NCBI GenBank assembly: GCA_963707915.1 | Contig: OY970178.1 | Span: forward strand, 3,264,001-3,328,000 | Length of the DNA stretch: 64,000 nucleotides | From: Candidatus Eiseniibacteriota bacterium | GTDB lineage: Bacteria > Eisenbacteria > RBG-16-71-46 | Direction: 5' to 3' | In this document: positions 10,102 to 23,600 of the stretch, in pieces | Layout of the letters: each line of letters opens with the position of its first letter | Numbering within the stretch: position 1 is the first letter of the stretch | The notes under the pieces: generated by a model | Database searches by the model: none | Told to the model about the DNA's origin: nothing | The model's input: only the letters and a program-made list of their open reading frames with translations | Translations under genes and position numbers: made by a program

Positions 10102-13100
10102 GGCGCCTGCCGGTCCTGCTGGCGCTGGCCGGGCTCGTGCTGGCGGGGCTGGCGCTGGCCGCTGCCGGCGCGCGGGCCGCCGACCTCCCCGACGGGCCGC
10201 CGCTCCACTTCACGGCCGACAACCTGACCGGCAGCCACGGCCCCGAGGGCGACTTCGTCATGCTCAACGGCTCGGTGCGCATGACCCGCGGCCGCACCGT
10301 GCTGACTGCCGACGCCGGGCGCTACTTCAAGCTGCAGGGCATGCTCTACCTGGACGGGCGCGTGCGCATGGTGGACAGCGTGACCACGATGACCTGCGAG
10401 CACGCCTCGTACTCCGAGGACCTGGACCTGCTGTTCGTCCAGGGCAACGTGACGCTGCTGGACAAGGGCGCGGAGATCCGGGCGCCCTCCGGGACCTACG
10501 ACCGGCGCCGCGGCCGCGCGGAACTGGCCGGGCCGGTCGAGGGGCGCGACAAGAAGATGCACCTCACCGCCGACCGCGCGGTCTTCCTGCGCGACTCCTC
10601 GCTGCTGCAGGTGCGGGACCACGTGCGCGGCATCGACCAGGAGAACAAGACCGAGCTCGAGGCGCGCTCGGTGGACTACGACCGCGTGAGCAAGGTGGCG
10701 GTCGGGACCGGTGACCCGGTGCTGCGCAGCCGGGGGGACGACGGCCGGACCACCGAGCTGCGCGCGCTGCGGCTGGTGGTGGACACCGAGCGGCGCTCGG
10801 CCGAGGCGATCGACTCGGTGCGGATCTCGCGCGACACGCTGCAGGCGCGCGGCGACCGGGCGGTCTTCGACGACGTCGCCCAGCGCGGCTGGGTCACCGG
10901 GAGCCCGCGGGCATGGGACGACCAGACCACCGTGACCGGCGATACGCTCGAGTTCCACACCGACCAGCGCGCGATCCGGTCGATCGTGGTGCGCCACGAT
11001 GCGGTCATGGACTACGTCGGCAGCCGGCCCGGCACGCTGGGCGAGGCCAGCCGGCTCACCGGCGACACCGCGACCGTGTACTTCACGCGCGGCGAGATCG
11101 ACAGCCTGGTGGCGGTGGGCTCGGCGCGCAACCAGTACACCGGCGTGGCGGGCGCCGGGAAGACCGCCGAGCGGAACGAGGCCGCCGGCGACACCATCAC
11201 GGTGTTCTTCCGCGCCCGCAAGATCGACCGCGCCGAGGTGCGGGGGGGCGCGCACGGCACCTACCGGATCGCCGTGGCCGCGGGCGACACCACGGCGGCC
11301 AAGAAGGAGGTCGTGGAGTACGACGCCCGGCGCATCGAGTTCCGGGTGGCGGAGAGCGCCATCGTGCTGGACAAGGAGGCCCACCTCAACTACCAGGACC
11401 TCGAGTTGCGCGCGCGCCAGGTGACCTACGACATCGAGCGGCAGACGGTCGAGGCCGAGGGCTCGCCGGTGCTCGGCGACCGCGGCGAGCAGGTCAAGGG
11501 GGGACTCATGACCTACGACCTCCCGAGCCGCGTGGGGACCATCTACGACGCGCAGACCAACTACGAGAAGGGCCTCTACCTGGGCCGGCGCATCCGCAAG
11601 GTGAGCGAGAACGAGCTGGACGTGATGAACGGCACCTACACGACCTGCAGCGCGGCCCGGCCGCACTACCGCTTCGCGTCGCGCTGGATGAAGATCTTCC
11701 TGAAGGACAAGCTGGTGGCGAAGCCGGTGGTGTTCTACCTCGGGAACGTGCCGCTGTTCCCGCTGCCCTTCTGGGTCTTCCCGGTGAAGACCGGGCGCCG
11801 CTCCGGGCTCCTCTTCCCGCAGGTCGAGCTGGGTCTCAGCAACAGCGCCGGCCAGTTCGTCCGCAACGCCGGCTACTACTGGGCGCCCAACGACTACCTC
11901 GGGCTCACCGCGGCCGGCGACTACTACCAGGCGGAGCCGTCCTGGGTGCTGCGGGGCGAAGGCGAGTACCGCGTGCTCTACCTGCTGGACGGGAGCTTCC
12001 GCGGCACCTTCGCGCGCAACGAGAGCCCGCTGAACCGCAGCGAGAACTGGGACTTCAGCGCCGACCACTCGCAGGAGATCACGCCGCGCACCCGGCTGGT
12101 GGCGCGCGCCTCGTTCGTCTCGAGCAAGGACTACAATTCGAGCAACCTCTACGGGCGCTCGCTCGCGCAGCGCCTCAACCGGTTCCTCACCTCCAGCCTG
12201 GCGGTGTCGCACAACGCCGACTGGGGCAGCATCAACGCCTTCATCGACCGGCGCCAGGACCTCGACGCGGACGAGAGCCTGATCGAGGCGAACCGCAACG
12301 GCATCCAGCCCATCGGCACCTCGACCTCGCTCGCCAACCTGGTCGAGTCGAACCCCAACCTCTCGATCTCGTTCCCGACCCGCGCCATCGGCAGCCTCGG
12401 CCTGCTCCGTCGCACGCCGCTGGCGAAGCCGCTGCGCACCCTCTACTTCGGGTTCAGCAGCCAGTTCCTCTCCTACACCGAGCGCCGGGCGTTCGTCGCG
12501 GGGCACACGCCGTTCGCCGCCGACGTGATGCGGGACTCGATCACGACGCTCGGGCAGCAGCGCACGACGCGCCGCGGCCTGTCGAACAACATCTCCGTGT
12601 CGGACTCGCGCAAGCTCTTCGGCTGGGTCAACTTCCAGCCCCAGCTGCGGTCGAACGTGGTGGTGTTCGACTTCGACGAGCTGGGCAACAAGGTGGTGCC
12701 GGCGGCGGTCTGGTCGGGGACCGTCACGATGAGCACGACCTTCTACGGCTCGTTCCGGCCCCGGGTCTTCGGGATCGAGGGGCTGCGGCACGTCGTCTCC
12801 CCGAACGTCTCGCTCTCCTACAGCCCGAAGTTCCCGGGGCTCACCTACCGGGACTCTCTCGGCTTCCAGCGCAACCGGTTCCGGAGCTTCTCCGGCATCG
12901 GCATCTCCGGGTTCCAGCGCTCCAACCTCAACTTCAGCCTCGACCAGCGCCTGCAGGCGAAGCTCAAGCGCGGCGCCAACGTCACGCGCCTGGACAACCT
13001 GCTGTCGTGGAGCGTGGGTGGCTCGTACGACTTCCTCTACAAGGAGCAGCGGGCCGCGCACCCGCTGTCGAACCTCTACTCGAGCGTGCTGCTGCAGCCG

Positions 13101-13598
13101 CCGACCTACATGAACGCGAACCTGAGCTGGGTGACCGACGTCTACAGCCGGCGCCCGGTGCGCTCGCTGGGCTACAACCTGGGCCTGAACCTGGACAGCG
13201 GCGGGCTCAAGCGCACCTCGCCCGACCTGCCGGCCGAGCAGCGGTCCGAGCCGGAGTCCGGCGAGAACTGGTCGTTCGGTTTCGCGTACTCGTACTCGGG
13301 CGGCTACACCAGCGGGACGGACTGGACCAGCGCGAAGACCGCGAATGTCACGAGCCGCTACCAGCTGACCCCGGCCTGGGCGCTCGAGTACTCGGCGTCC
13401 CTCGACCTCACGCTCCGCAGCATCCAGACCCAGCGCTTCGCGCTGAGCCGTGACCTGCACTGCTGGCAGGCGGTCTTCACCCGCCTGTTCGTGGTGGGGG
13501 GCGAGGCGGAGTACTACTTCCGCATCGGCGTGAAGGACCAGAAGGAGATCTACCTGGAGCGCGGCACGCGGGTGGGCAGCCTCGGCGGGATCCAGTAG
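10098..13598 (+). CDS. lptD: LPS-assembly protein LptD-like with extended N-terminal OstA/LptA-like repeats
   Basis: Signal peptide; long beta-jellyroll-like region; YTTC, RSGLLFP, GYYWA and C-terminal RDLHCWQ typical of Bacteroidota-type LptD; 1166 aa. Confidence 0.82.
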   Translation: MRRLPVLLALAGLVLAGLALAAAGARAADLPDGPPLHFTADNLTGSHGPEGDFVMLNGSVRMTRGRTVLTADAGRYFKLQGMLYLDGRVRMVDSVTTMTCEHASYSEDLDLLFVQGNVTLLDKGAEIRAPSGTYDRRRGRAELAGPVEGRDKKMHLTADRAVFLRDSSLLQVRDHVRGIDQENKTELEARSVDYDRVSKVAVGTGDPVLRSRGDDGRTTELRALRLVVDTERRSAEAIDSVRISRDTLQARGDRAVFDDVAQRGWVTGSPRAWDDQTTVTGDTLEFHTDQRAIRSIVVRHDAVMDYVGSRPGTLGEASRLTGDTATVYFTRGEIDSLVAVGSARNQYTGVAGAGKTAERNEAAGDTITVFFRARKIDRAEVRGGAHGTYRIAVAAGDTTAAKKEVVEYDARRIEFRVAESAIVLDKEAHLNYQDLELRARQVTYDIERQTVEAEGSPVLGDRGEQVKGGLMTYDLPSRVGTIYDAQTNYEKGLYLGRRIRKVSENELDVMNGTYTTCSAARPHYRFASRWMKIFLKDKLVAKPVVFYLGNVPLFPLPFWVFPVKTGRRSGLLFPQVELGLSNSAGQFVRNAGYYWAPNDYLGLTAAGDYYQAEPSWVLRGEGEYRVLYLLDGSFRGTFARNESPLNRSENWDFSADHSQEITPRTRLVARASFVSSKDYNSSNLYGRSLAQRLNRFLTSSLAVSHNADWGSINAFIDRRQDLDADESLIEANRNGIQPIGTSTSLANLVESNPNLSISFPTRAIGSLGLLRRTPLAKPLRTLYFGFSSQFLSYTERRAFVAGHTPFAADVMRDSITTLGQQRTTRRGLSNNISVSDSRKLFGWVNFQPQLRSNVVVFDFDELGNKVVPAAVWSGTVTMSTTFYGSFRPRVFGIEGLRHVVSPNVSLSYSPKFPGLTYRDSLGFQRNRFRSFSGIGISGFQRSNLNFSLDQRLQAKLKRGANVTRLDNLLSWSVGGSYDFLYKEQRAAHPLSNLYSSVLLQPPTYMNANLSWVTDVYSRRPVRSLGYNLGLNLDSGGLKRTSPDLPAEQRSEPESGENWSFGFAYSYSGGYTSGTDWTSAKTANVTSRYQLTPAWALEYSASLDLTLRSIQTQRFALSRDLHCWQAVFTRLFVVGGEAEYYFRIGVKDQKEIYLERGTRVGSLGGIQ

Positions 13599-13754
13599 CC
13601 CGGGCGGGCCGCAGACCGTCCGCCGGGAAGGCGGGACGCCCGGCGGCCGGAGCGAGCGGGCTCATCGGGCGCCCGGGGCGGCGCGCCCGCGCGTCACCGT
13701 CCGGCCGCCCGGCGCATCCAAGCAGCGACGATCGGCCTCTCACCCCCGGGAACC

Positions 13755-16099
<2,345 letters not shown>

Positions 16100-16100
<1 letters not shown>

Positions 16101-16342
16101 TGGATCCCGGGCGTCTCGCCGTGACCGTGCTGGGCCTGGGGCTGATCGTGGCCGTGAACCTGGGGTTCTTCGCCCGGCCGGGGACGCGGCGCGTCCCGGG
16201 GCGGCGCGGCCGCGCCGGCGTCAAGCCGCCCGGAGGTCCGGCCGATGATGGACCGGGGACCGGTAGCCGAACGGACCAGCCGTCCTTGACCCGTCCCGGA
16301 CACGCACCGCCGGCGCACCTGCCAACATCCAAGGAGCCATGA
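16100..16342 (+). CDS. Small membrane protein
   Basis: ATG overlaps the copA stop; MDPGRLAVTVLGLGLIVAVNLGFF hydrophobic helix; stop overlaps the next ATG. Confidence 0.5.
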
Positions 16343-16785
16343 ACCGCGCCACCGCCTTCCTGCGCCGCGCCCTGGGCGTGATCCTCGCGATCACACCGCT
16401 GCTCGCGGGCGCCGACCTCTGCACCGTCGGCGCGCTCACGGGCCGCGCGGACCTGGCGTGTGCGATGGAATCCGGCGGGCCCGCCTGCCGGACGGTGGTC
16501 GCGGCCACGCCGAAGTGCTCTCGTTGTGCGCCGGCTGCCCCGGTCCCGGAGACCCCGCGCTCGCAGGGTCCGACCTGCTGTGACCTGCGACCGCAGGGCA
16601 CGGCAGTGGCCGGGCAGCCCGTGCTCGACGCGTCGTCGTCGGCCGCGGTCGCAGTGGTTTCCCCCTTGCTGCCGGTCTCCGATCCGGCCGCGTCGTCGTC
16701 GGTGCGTCCCGACCCCGATGACGGCCGCGCTCCTCCGGGTGGCCCGCCGGACCGGATCTCTCCCCGGGCCCCTCCGCTCTCCTAG
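16339..16785 (+). CDS. Cys-rich exported protein with C-terminal RAPP motifs (DUF2946-like)
   Basis: AAGGAG RBS; signal peptide-like N-terminus; CSRC and CC; ends GRAPPGGPPDRISPRAPPLS. Confidence 0.65.
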   Translation: MNRATAFLRRALGVILAITPLLAGADLCTVGALTGRADLACAMESGGPACRTVVAATPKCSRCAPAAPVPETPRSQGPTCCDLRPQGTAVAGQPVLDASSSAAVAVVSPLLPVSDPAASSSVRPDPDDGRAPPGGPPDRISPRAPPLS

Positions 16786-16914
16786 TTCCCACGGCACCAG
16801 GTCCCGGCTTCCCCGGGACCTCGCCTGCGCGCATCATGCGCGCGGGAACCGATCGGCCCTCGCGTGCGCTGCAGGACGCAGCGGCACGCCGGACCAGGCG
16901 AGAGGAGCGACCCC

Positions 16915-18278
16915 ATGAGCCGAACCGCGGCGCTGTTCGCCGTGCTGCTCGTCATCACCGGCGCGCGGCCGGCCCCGGCGTTCGAACCCGAAGGCGTGCT
17001 GCCCACGGAGGCATCGGGCCCTCTGTCCGGGGCGCACGCCCTCGCGCCCGATAGCGTCGCGCGCCGGCCGGCGCCGGCCGGCGAGGACCCGGCCCCGCCG
17101 CCCGACGAGCTCGTCGCGCAGGCGCTCGAGCACGCCCCCGCCGTGGCGGCGCTCGCGGCGCGCGTCCAGCAGGCCCGGGAGATGGTCCGGCCCGCCGGGG
17201 CGCTTCCCAACCCGATGGTCGAGCTCATGATCCAGGACGTGGGCTTCCCCCGCTGGACCGTCGGCACGGAGGAGATGTCGATGGCCGGCCCCCAGCTCAC
17301 GCAGGGCATCCCATTCCCGGGCAAGCGCGGCGAGCGGCGCCGGGCGGCGAAGGCGGAACTCGCGGTGAAGGCGGACGAGCTGGAACTGCTCCGGCGCGAG
17401 GTGACGCGCGACATCCGGAGCCTCTACGCCCGGCTCTACGCGCTCGACCAGGAACGGCAGGCGCTCGCCTCCGGCCGGGAGCTGCTCGAGATGCTGGCCG
17501 CCACGGTGCGGGAGCGCTACGGCGTCGGGTTGGCCGAACAGGAAGCCGCGGTCAAGGCGCAGCTCGCGGTCTCGCGGCTGGAGGAACGCCAGGACGATCT
17601 CACCGCGGAGCGGGCGGGCCTGGCGGCCGCGGTGAACCGGCTGCTGGACCGGCCGGGTGACGCGGCCCTCGGGCGGGTCGCGTCGCTGCCCGAGCCGCAG
17701 TTCCCGGCGCCGCCCTGGGAGCCTGTCGTGCTGCAGAACTCCGCCGGGATCGCCGTGCGACGGGCTGCGGTCGAGGCCGCGGAGCGGAAGCTCAAGGTCG
17801 CCCGGATGGAGCTGAGGCCCGACCTCGTCGCCGGCGCGGGCGTCGGCTTCCGCGGCGGCAGGGACCCCGTCGCCACGTTCCGGCTGGGGGTGGAGCTGCC
17901 GCTGTGGGCGGCCGGGAACCAGCTCCCGATGATCCGTGCGGCCGGGCAGGAACTCGAGGCGGCGCGCCAGGACCTGCGCGAGGCCGAAGCCGGGGGCGGG
18001 CCGAGGCGGCCCGGCTGGAGGCGGACTGGCGCCGGGCGGGCAGCCAGGTGCCGCGCTACGCGCAGGCCATCGTGCCGCAGACCAGCCTGGCCCTCGACGC
18101 GGCGCGTTCCGGCTACCTGGCCGGGCGGGGCGATTTCTCGGCGGTCGTCGAGGACTTCAACCTGTGGCTCGAGGCCCGCACCGGGCTGGCCCGGCGCGAG
18201 GCCGAACGCTTCGCGACGTGGGCCGAACTGCAGACCATCATCGGCTCGAGCGGCGCCGCCGCCCGGCAGACGGAGTGA
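16915..18278 (+). CDS. TolC/CusC-family outer membrane efflux protein (one frameshift near 17995)
   Basis: GAGGAG RBS; LPNPMVEL, QGIPFPGK, VELPLW; C-terminus (YAQAIVPQ...SGYLAGRGDF) continues in the frame ending at 18278. Confidence 0.82.
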
Positions 18279-18288
18279 GGAGGAAACG

Positions 18289-19752
18289 ATGATCGACCTC
18301 AGAGGTGACGTCCGACGGTCGCTGCCGCTGCTGGTCCTCCTCGCGTGCGGCATGCTCGCGTTCGGGGCCCTCGTCGCCGGGTGCGGCCGGCCCGCCGCCA
18401 CCGGCCGGACCGCCGGCGGCCAGCGGCAGCAGTACCACTGCCCGATGCACCCGACCTACGTGTCCGACCGGCCGGGCGACTGCCCGATCTGCGGCATGAA
18501 GCTCGTGCCGATCGAGGCGAAGAAGCCGAACGGCGCCGGAGGTCCGCCCGCCGCGGCGGGCGCGACGACCGCTTCCGCCGGGCCGCGCAGGATCCTCCAC
18601 TACCGCAATCCGATGAACCCCGCCGTCACCTCGCCGGTGCCGATGAAGGACGAGATGGGCATGGACTACGTGCCGGTCACCTCGGACCAGGTGTCCGTGG
18701 CCGGCAGCGTGGAGGGCCATGCCTCGGTCGAGGTGAGTCCCGACGAGCTGAAGCTGGCGGGCCTTCAGAGCATTGTGGCCCGACGCGGGAGGCTGGCCCA
18801 CACCATCCGCACGGTCGGCGAGGTCAAGGCCGACGAGACGCGGATCAGCCAGGTGCACACCAAGATCTCCGGGTGGGTCGAGAAGCTGTTCGTCAGCTCC
18901 AGCGGGCAGGCGGTCCGCAGGGGCCAGCCGCTGCTGAGCATCTACTCGCCCGAACTGCTCGCGACCCAGCAGGAGTTCCTCCGGGCGCGCGAATCCGCCG
19001 CCCGGTTCACCGGGAGCGACCTGCCCGAGGTCCGCCGCGGTGGCGAGGAGCTGCTGGCGGCGGCCCGGCAGCGACTCGCGCTGTTCGACGTGCCGCAGAG
19101 CTTCGTCGAAACGCTGGAAAGCACGGGAAAGCCGCAACGCACCGTGACGCTCGACGCCCCGGCATCGGGGTTCGTCACCGGGAAGGAAGTCTTTGCGGGA
19201 ACGCAGATCGAGCCGGGAATGACGCTCTTCACGGTTACCGACCTGTCGAAGGTCTGGATCGAAGCCGAGGTCTACGAGTACGAGGCTCCGCTGGTGCGGA
19301 CCGGGCAGCAGGCCCGCGTGACCCTCGCCTACGACCCGGCGCGCGTCTACGTGGGGCGGGTCAGCTACATCTACCCGTACCTGAACCCGGACACCCGCAC
19401 GCTGCGGATCCGCTTCGAGTTCGACAATCCCGGCCTGGCGCTGAAGCCCGGGATGTACGCCAACGTCGAGCTCGACGCTCAGGCGGTCGCAGGCATCCTG
19501 ATCCCCGACGCGTCGATCCTGGACACCGGCCCACGGCAGATCGTGTACGTCAAGACCGGTGAGGGGCGCTACGAGCCGCGCCAGGTGAAGGTCGGTATCC
19601 GGAGCGACGGCCAGGCCCAGATCCTCTCGGGGGTGAAGGAAGGCGACGAGGTCGTGGATCGGGCCAACTTCCTGCTCGACTCGGAGTCCCGCCTGCGCGC
19701 CGCGATCGGCAAGGCGCCGGGGGCCCACACCGCGGGCGCGGGCGCGCGATGA
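18289..19752 (+). CDS. cusB: CusB-like efflux RND periplasmic adaptor with heavy-metal binding domains
   Basis: GAGGAGG RBS; YHCPMHP...CPICGMKL and YRNPM...KDEMGMDY motifs; IYSPEL, LKPGMY, FLLDSES. Confidence 0.88.
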   Translation: MIDLRGDVRRSLPLLVLLACGMLAFGALVAGCGRPAATGRTAGGQRQQYHCPMHPTYVSDRPGDCPICGMKLVPIEAKKPNGAGGPPAAAGATTASAGPRRILHYRNPMNPAVTSPVPMKDEMGMDYVPVTSDQVSVAGSVEGHASVEVSPDELKLAGLQSIVARRGRLAHTIRTVGEVKADETRISQVHTKISGWVEKLFVSSSGQAVRRGQPLLSIYSPELLATQQEFLRARESAARFTGSDLPEVRRGGEELLAAARQRLALFDVPQSFVETLESTGKPQRTVTLDAPASGFVTGKEVFAGTQIEPGMTLFTVTDLSKVWIEAEVYEYEAPLVRTGQQARVTLAYDPARVYVGRVSYIYPYLNPDTRTLRIRFEFDNPGLALKPGMYANVELDAQAVAGILIPDASILDTGPRQIVYVKTGEGRYEPRQVKVGIRSDGQAQILSGVKEGDEVVDRANFLLDSESRLRAAIGKAPGAHTAGAGAR

Positions 19753-22700
19753 TCCGCAAGATCATCGACTTCTCGGCTAAGAACCGGGTCCTCGTCCTGC
19801 TGGGCGTCGGGGTGCTCTGCGCCTACGCCTTCTACATCCTGCACCAGATCCGGCTCGACGCGCTGCCCGACCTCTCCGACACCCAGGTCATCGTCTACTC
19901 GCGCTGGGACCGGTCCCCCGACATCATGGAGGATCAGGTCACCTATCCCATCGTCTCGGCGCTGCTGGGAGCGCCCCGCGTCAAGGCGGTCCGCGGCTTC
20001 TCGGACTTCGGCTATTCCTTCGTCTACGTGATCTTCCAGGACGGCACCGATCTCTACTGGGCGCGCTCGCGGGTGCTGGAATACCTGTCCAAGATCCAGT
20101 CCGACCTGCCCGACGACGTGCGCACCGAGCTGGGTCCCGACGCCACCGGCGTGGGCTGGGTCTTCCAGTACGCCTTGGTCGACCGCTCGGGCACGCACTC
20201 GCTCGATCAGCTCCGCTCGTACCAGGACTGGACGCTCCGCTACGCACTCCAGTCGGTGCCCGGAGTGGCCGAGGTGGCCTCGATCGGCGGCTACGTCAAG
20301 CAGTACCAGATCACGGTGGACCCCAACCGGCTCGCCGCGTACGACCTGTCCATCTCCACCGTGATCGATGCCGTCCGCAACTCCAACAACGAGGTCGGCG
20401 GCCGGCTCATCGAGTGGAGCGGCACGGAGTACATGGTCCGCGGCCGCGGCTACTCGAAGAGTCTCGAGGACTTCGGCAGCATCGTGGTGAAGACCGGCGC
20501 GGGCGGCGTGCCGGTGCTCCTGAAGGACGTGGCGCGGGTCGGCCTGGGCCCCGAGATCCGTCGCGGCGTGTCCGACCTCGACGGGAAGGGCGATGCGGTG
20601 GGCGGCATCGTGATCATGCGCCATGGTGAGAACGCCCTGAACGTGATCCAGCGCGTCAAGGAGAAGCTCGGCGACCTCGGGCCGTCCCTGCCCGCAGGGG
20701 TGGAGTTCGTCACCACCTACGACCGGGCGGATCTCATCACCCGGGCGATCGAGACGCTCAAGCACGAGCTGACCATCGAGATGATCATCGTCTCGCTGAT
20801 CATCCTGCTCTTCCTCTGGCACATCCCCTCGGCCGTCGTGCCGATCCTGACCATCCCGATCTCGGTGCTCCTGGCCTTCATCCCGCTCTTCTACTTCGGC
20901 GTCACCGTCAACATCATGTCGCTGGCCGGCATCGCCATCTCGATCGGCGTGCTGGTGGACGGGGCGATCGTCGAGGTGGAGAACGCCTACAACAAGCTCC
21001 ATCTCTGGGACGCGGGGGGCAGGAAGGGCGACTTCCACGCGGTCCGCCTCGAGGCGCTCAAGGAGGTGGGGCCCTCGGTCTTCTTCTCGCTGCTGGTCGT
21101 GGCGGTGGCGTTCCTGCCCATCTTCGCCCTGGTGGACCAGGAAGGCCGGCTGTTCAAGCCGCTGGCCTACTCCAAGAACCTGGCCATGGCGCTGGCGGCG
21201 TTCCTCGCCATCACGCTCGACCCGGCCATGCGGATGATGTTCACCCGCATGGACCCCTTCCGCTTCAAGCCCCGCTTCCTGGCGAAGCTCGCCAGCCACG
21301 CCCTGGTCGGCACCTACTACTCCGAGGAGAAGCACCCCATCAGCCGCGCCATCTTCAGGGTGTACGACCCGGCCTGCCGCTTCGTGCTGAAGCGGCCGAA
21401 GACGATCATCCTGGCGGCGGCCGCCATCGTGGCGTTGAGCATCCCGGCCTACTTCAAGCTGGGCTCGGAGTTCATGCCCCCGCTGAACGAGGGGACGATC
21501 CTCTACATGCCGACGACCCTGCCCGGCATCTCGGTGGCGGAGGCCCAGGCGCTCCTGCAGACCCAGGACCAGGTCCTCAAGTCGTTCCCCGAGGTCGAGC
21601 GGGTGTTCGGCAAGGCGGGGCGCGCCGAGACCTCCACCGATCCCGCGCCGTTCTCGATGATGGAGACCACGGTGATCCTCAAGCCGCCGCAGGAGTGGCG
21701 CGGCAAGAAGCGCTGGTACTCTTCGTGGGTGCCGGGCTTCCTCAAGCCGGTTCTCCGCCCGATCTGGCCCGACCGGATCTCGTGGGACGAGCTGGTCGCG
21801 GAGATGGACGCCAGGCTCAAGATCCCCGGCGTGACCAACGCGTGGACCATGCCGATCAAGGCCCGCACCGACATGCTGACGACCGGGGTCCGCACCCCGA
21901 TCGGGATCAAGATCTTCGGCTCGGATCTCAAGGAGATCGAGAAGCTGGGCGCCCAGCTCGAGGGCCTGATGCGGCAGGTGCCGGGCACCCGGAGCGTCTA
22001 CGCCGAGCGGGTGACCGGCGGCTACTTCCTCGACTTCGAACCCCGGCGGGACCAGCTCGCCCGCTACGGGCTCACCATCGCGGACGTCCAGACGGTGCTG
22101 ATGTCGGCCGTGGGCGGCGAGAACGTGACCACCACCATCGAGGGCCGTGAACGCTACCCGGTCAACGTGCGCTACCCCCGGGAGCTCCGCGACAACGTGG
22201 ACCGTCTGCGAAGGGTCCTGGTGAAGACCCCCGCGGGGCCGCAGGTGCCGCTGGCCCAGCTCGCCGACATCCAGCTGGTCACCGGGCCGGCGATGATCCG
22301 GGACGAGAACGGCTTCATGGCCGGCTACGTCTACGTCGACATGACCGGCGGGGACATCGGCGGCTACGTCGAGAAGGCCAAGAAGCTGGTGCGGGAGAAG
22401 CTGACCCTGCCGCCCGGCTACCGTGCTGCAATGGAGCGGCCAGTACGAGAACATGATCCGGGTGAGCCAGCGGCTCAAGGTCGTGGTGCCCATCACGCTG
22501 GTGCTGATCTTCGTGCTGCTGTTTGCCAACACCCGCTCGTGCGTTCAAGTCGATGGTGGTGATGCTGGCCGTGCCGTTCTCCGCCGTCGGCGCCATCTGG
22601 CTCTTCCACTTCCTGGGCTACAACGTGTCCATCGCGGCATGGGTGGGGATGATCGCGCTGCTGGGCCTGGACGCGGAGACCGGCGTCTTCATGCTGCTCT

Positions 22701-23005
22701 TCCTGGACCTCTCCTACGACGAGGCCCGCAAGAAGGGGCTGCTGCGGACGCTGGGAGAGTTGGACGAGGCCATCCTGCACGGAGCGGTCAAGCGGGCGCG
22801 ACCCAAGATGATGACGGTCTGCGCCGCCTTCATGGGCCTGCTCCCGATCATGTGGTCGACTTCGGCCGGCGCGGACGTCATGAAACGGATCGCCGCGCCG
22901 ATGATCGGCGGACTGGTCACCTCGTTCCTGCTGGAACTGCTGGTCTACCCGGCCATCTACAAGCTCTGGAAGCTGAAGACCGACCTGAAGGAGCTCGAAT
23001 CGTGA
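19749..23005 (+). CDS. cusA: CusA/CzcA-family heavy metal RND permease (frameshifts near 22423 and 22540)
   Basis: DALPDLSDTQVI, GPDATGVGW, NIMSLAGIAI, EFMPPLNEG, WTMPIK; the end continues as WSGQYENM and then RPKMMT...KRIAAPMIGG in shifted frames. Confidence 0.9.
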
Positions 23006-23064
23006 CCCCCGGCGCTCCGCCGGCCGCGCGGACACGCCCACTTCACCCAGGTGCCGCAGAGGAG

Positions 23065-23409
23065 ATGAAGATGAAGCTGAAGATGCTGGTGACGGTCGTG
23101 GTGGTGATGCTGGCGGTGGCGTTCGCGAGCGCCCTGGCGGGCAGCGAGCAACGCGTGAGGCTCTCGGTGACGAAGAACGGCTTCGAGCCTGCGGTGGTGA
23201 CGGTGCGGGCCGGGCAACCGGTGGTGCTGCTGGTCACCCGCAAGACCGACCGCACCTGCGCGACCGAGCTGGTGCTGAAGGCCTACGACATCAACGAGAA
23301 GCTGCCGCTCAACAAGACCGTGTCCATCCGCTTCACCCCCAGGCAGAGCGGGACGCTCCAGTACGCCTGCGGGATGGACATGTACAAGGGGAAGATCGTG
23401 GTGAAGTGA
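23065..23409 (+). CDS. Cupredoxin-domain protein
   Basis: GAGGAG RBS; signal peptide; GFEPAVV, TCATE, YACGMDMYKGKIVV. Confidence 0.88.
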   Translation: MKMKLKMLVTVVVVMLAVAFASALAGSEQRVRLSVTKNGFEPAVVTVRAGQPVVLLVTRKTDRTCATELVLKAYDINEKLPLNKTVSIRFTPRQSGTLQYACGMDMYKGKIVVK

Positions 23410-23439
23410 CCCTGCCGCGGTCGTGGGCCGGGGCCCGGG

Positions 23440-23600
23440 CCCGAAAAGCCGCCACCCCGCTCGCCTCACGGTGAGCGGGGTGAAATGTTCTGGGAGGGGC
23501 ATCTGGAGTCTCGGGGGCCGCACCCAAGGGTCTTCAGACACTCCCTCCCAAACCTGTGCGTTCTGATGCGCGGGGAGCGGGAAGGATTCAGGGGATCCCC
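23440..23600 (-). ncRNA. Candidate 6S-like structured RNA
   Basis: On the minus strand: closing stem, central bubble and long inner stem (GGGAGGG.GUGUCUG pairing with CAGAUGCCCCUCCC), then a hairpin followed by CUUUUC; folded by eye only. Confidence 0.4.

Noticed and set aside
16864..19752. 962-aa TolC-CusB fusion
   Set aside because: Artefact of the frameshift near 17995; the TolC C-terminus ends at 18278 and CusB has its own RBS and ATG at 18289.
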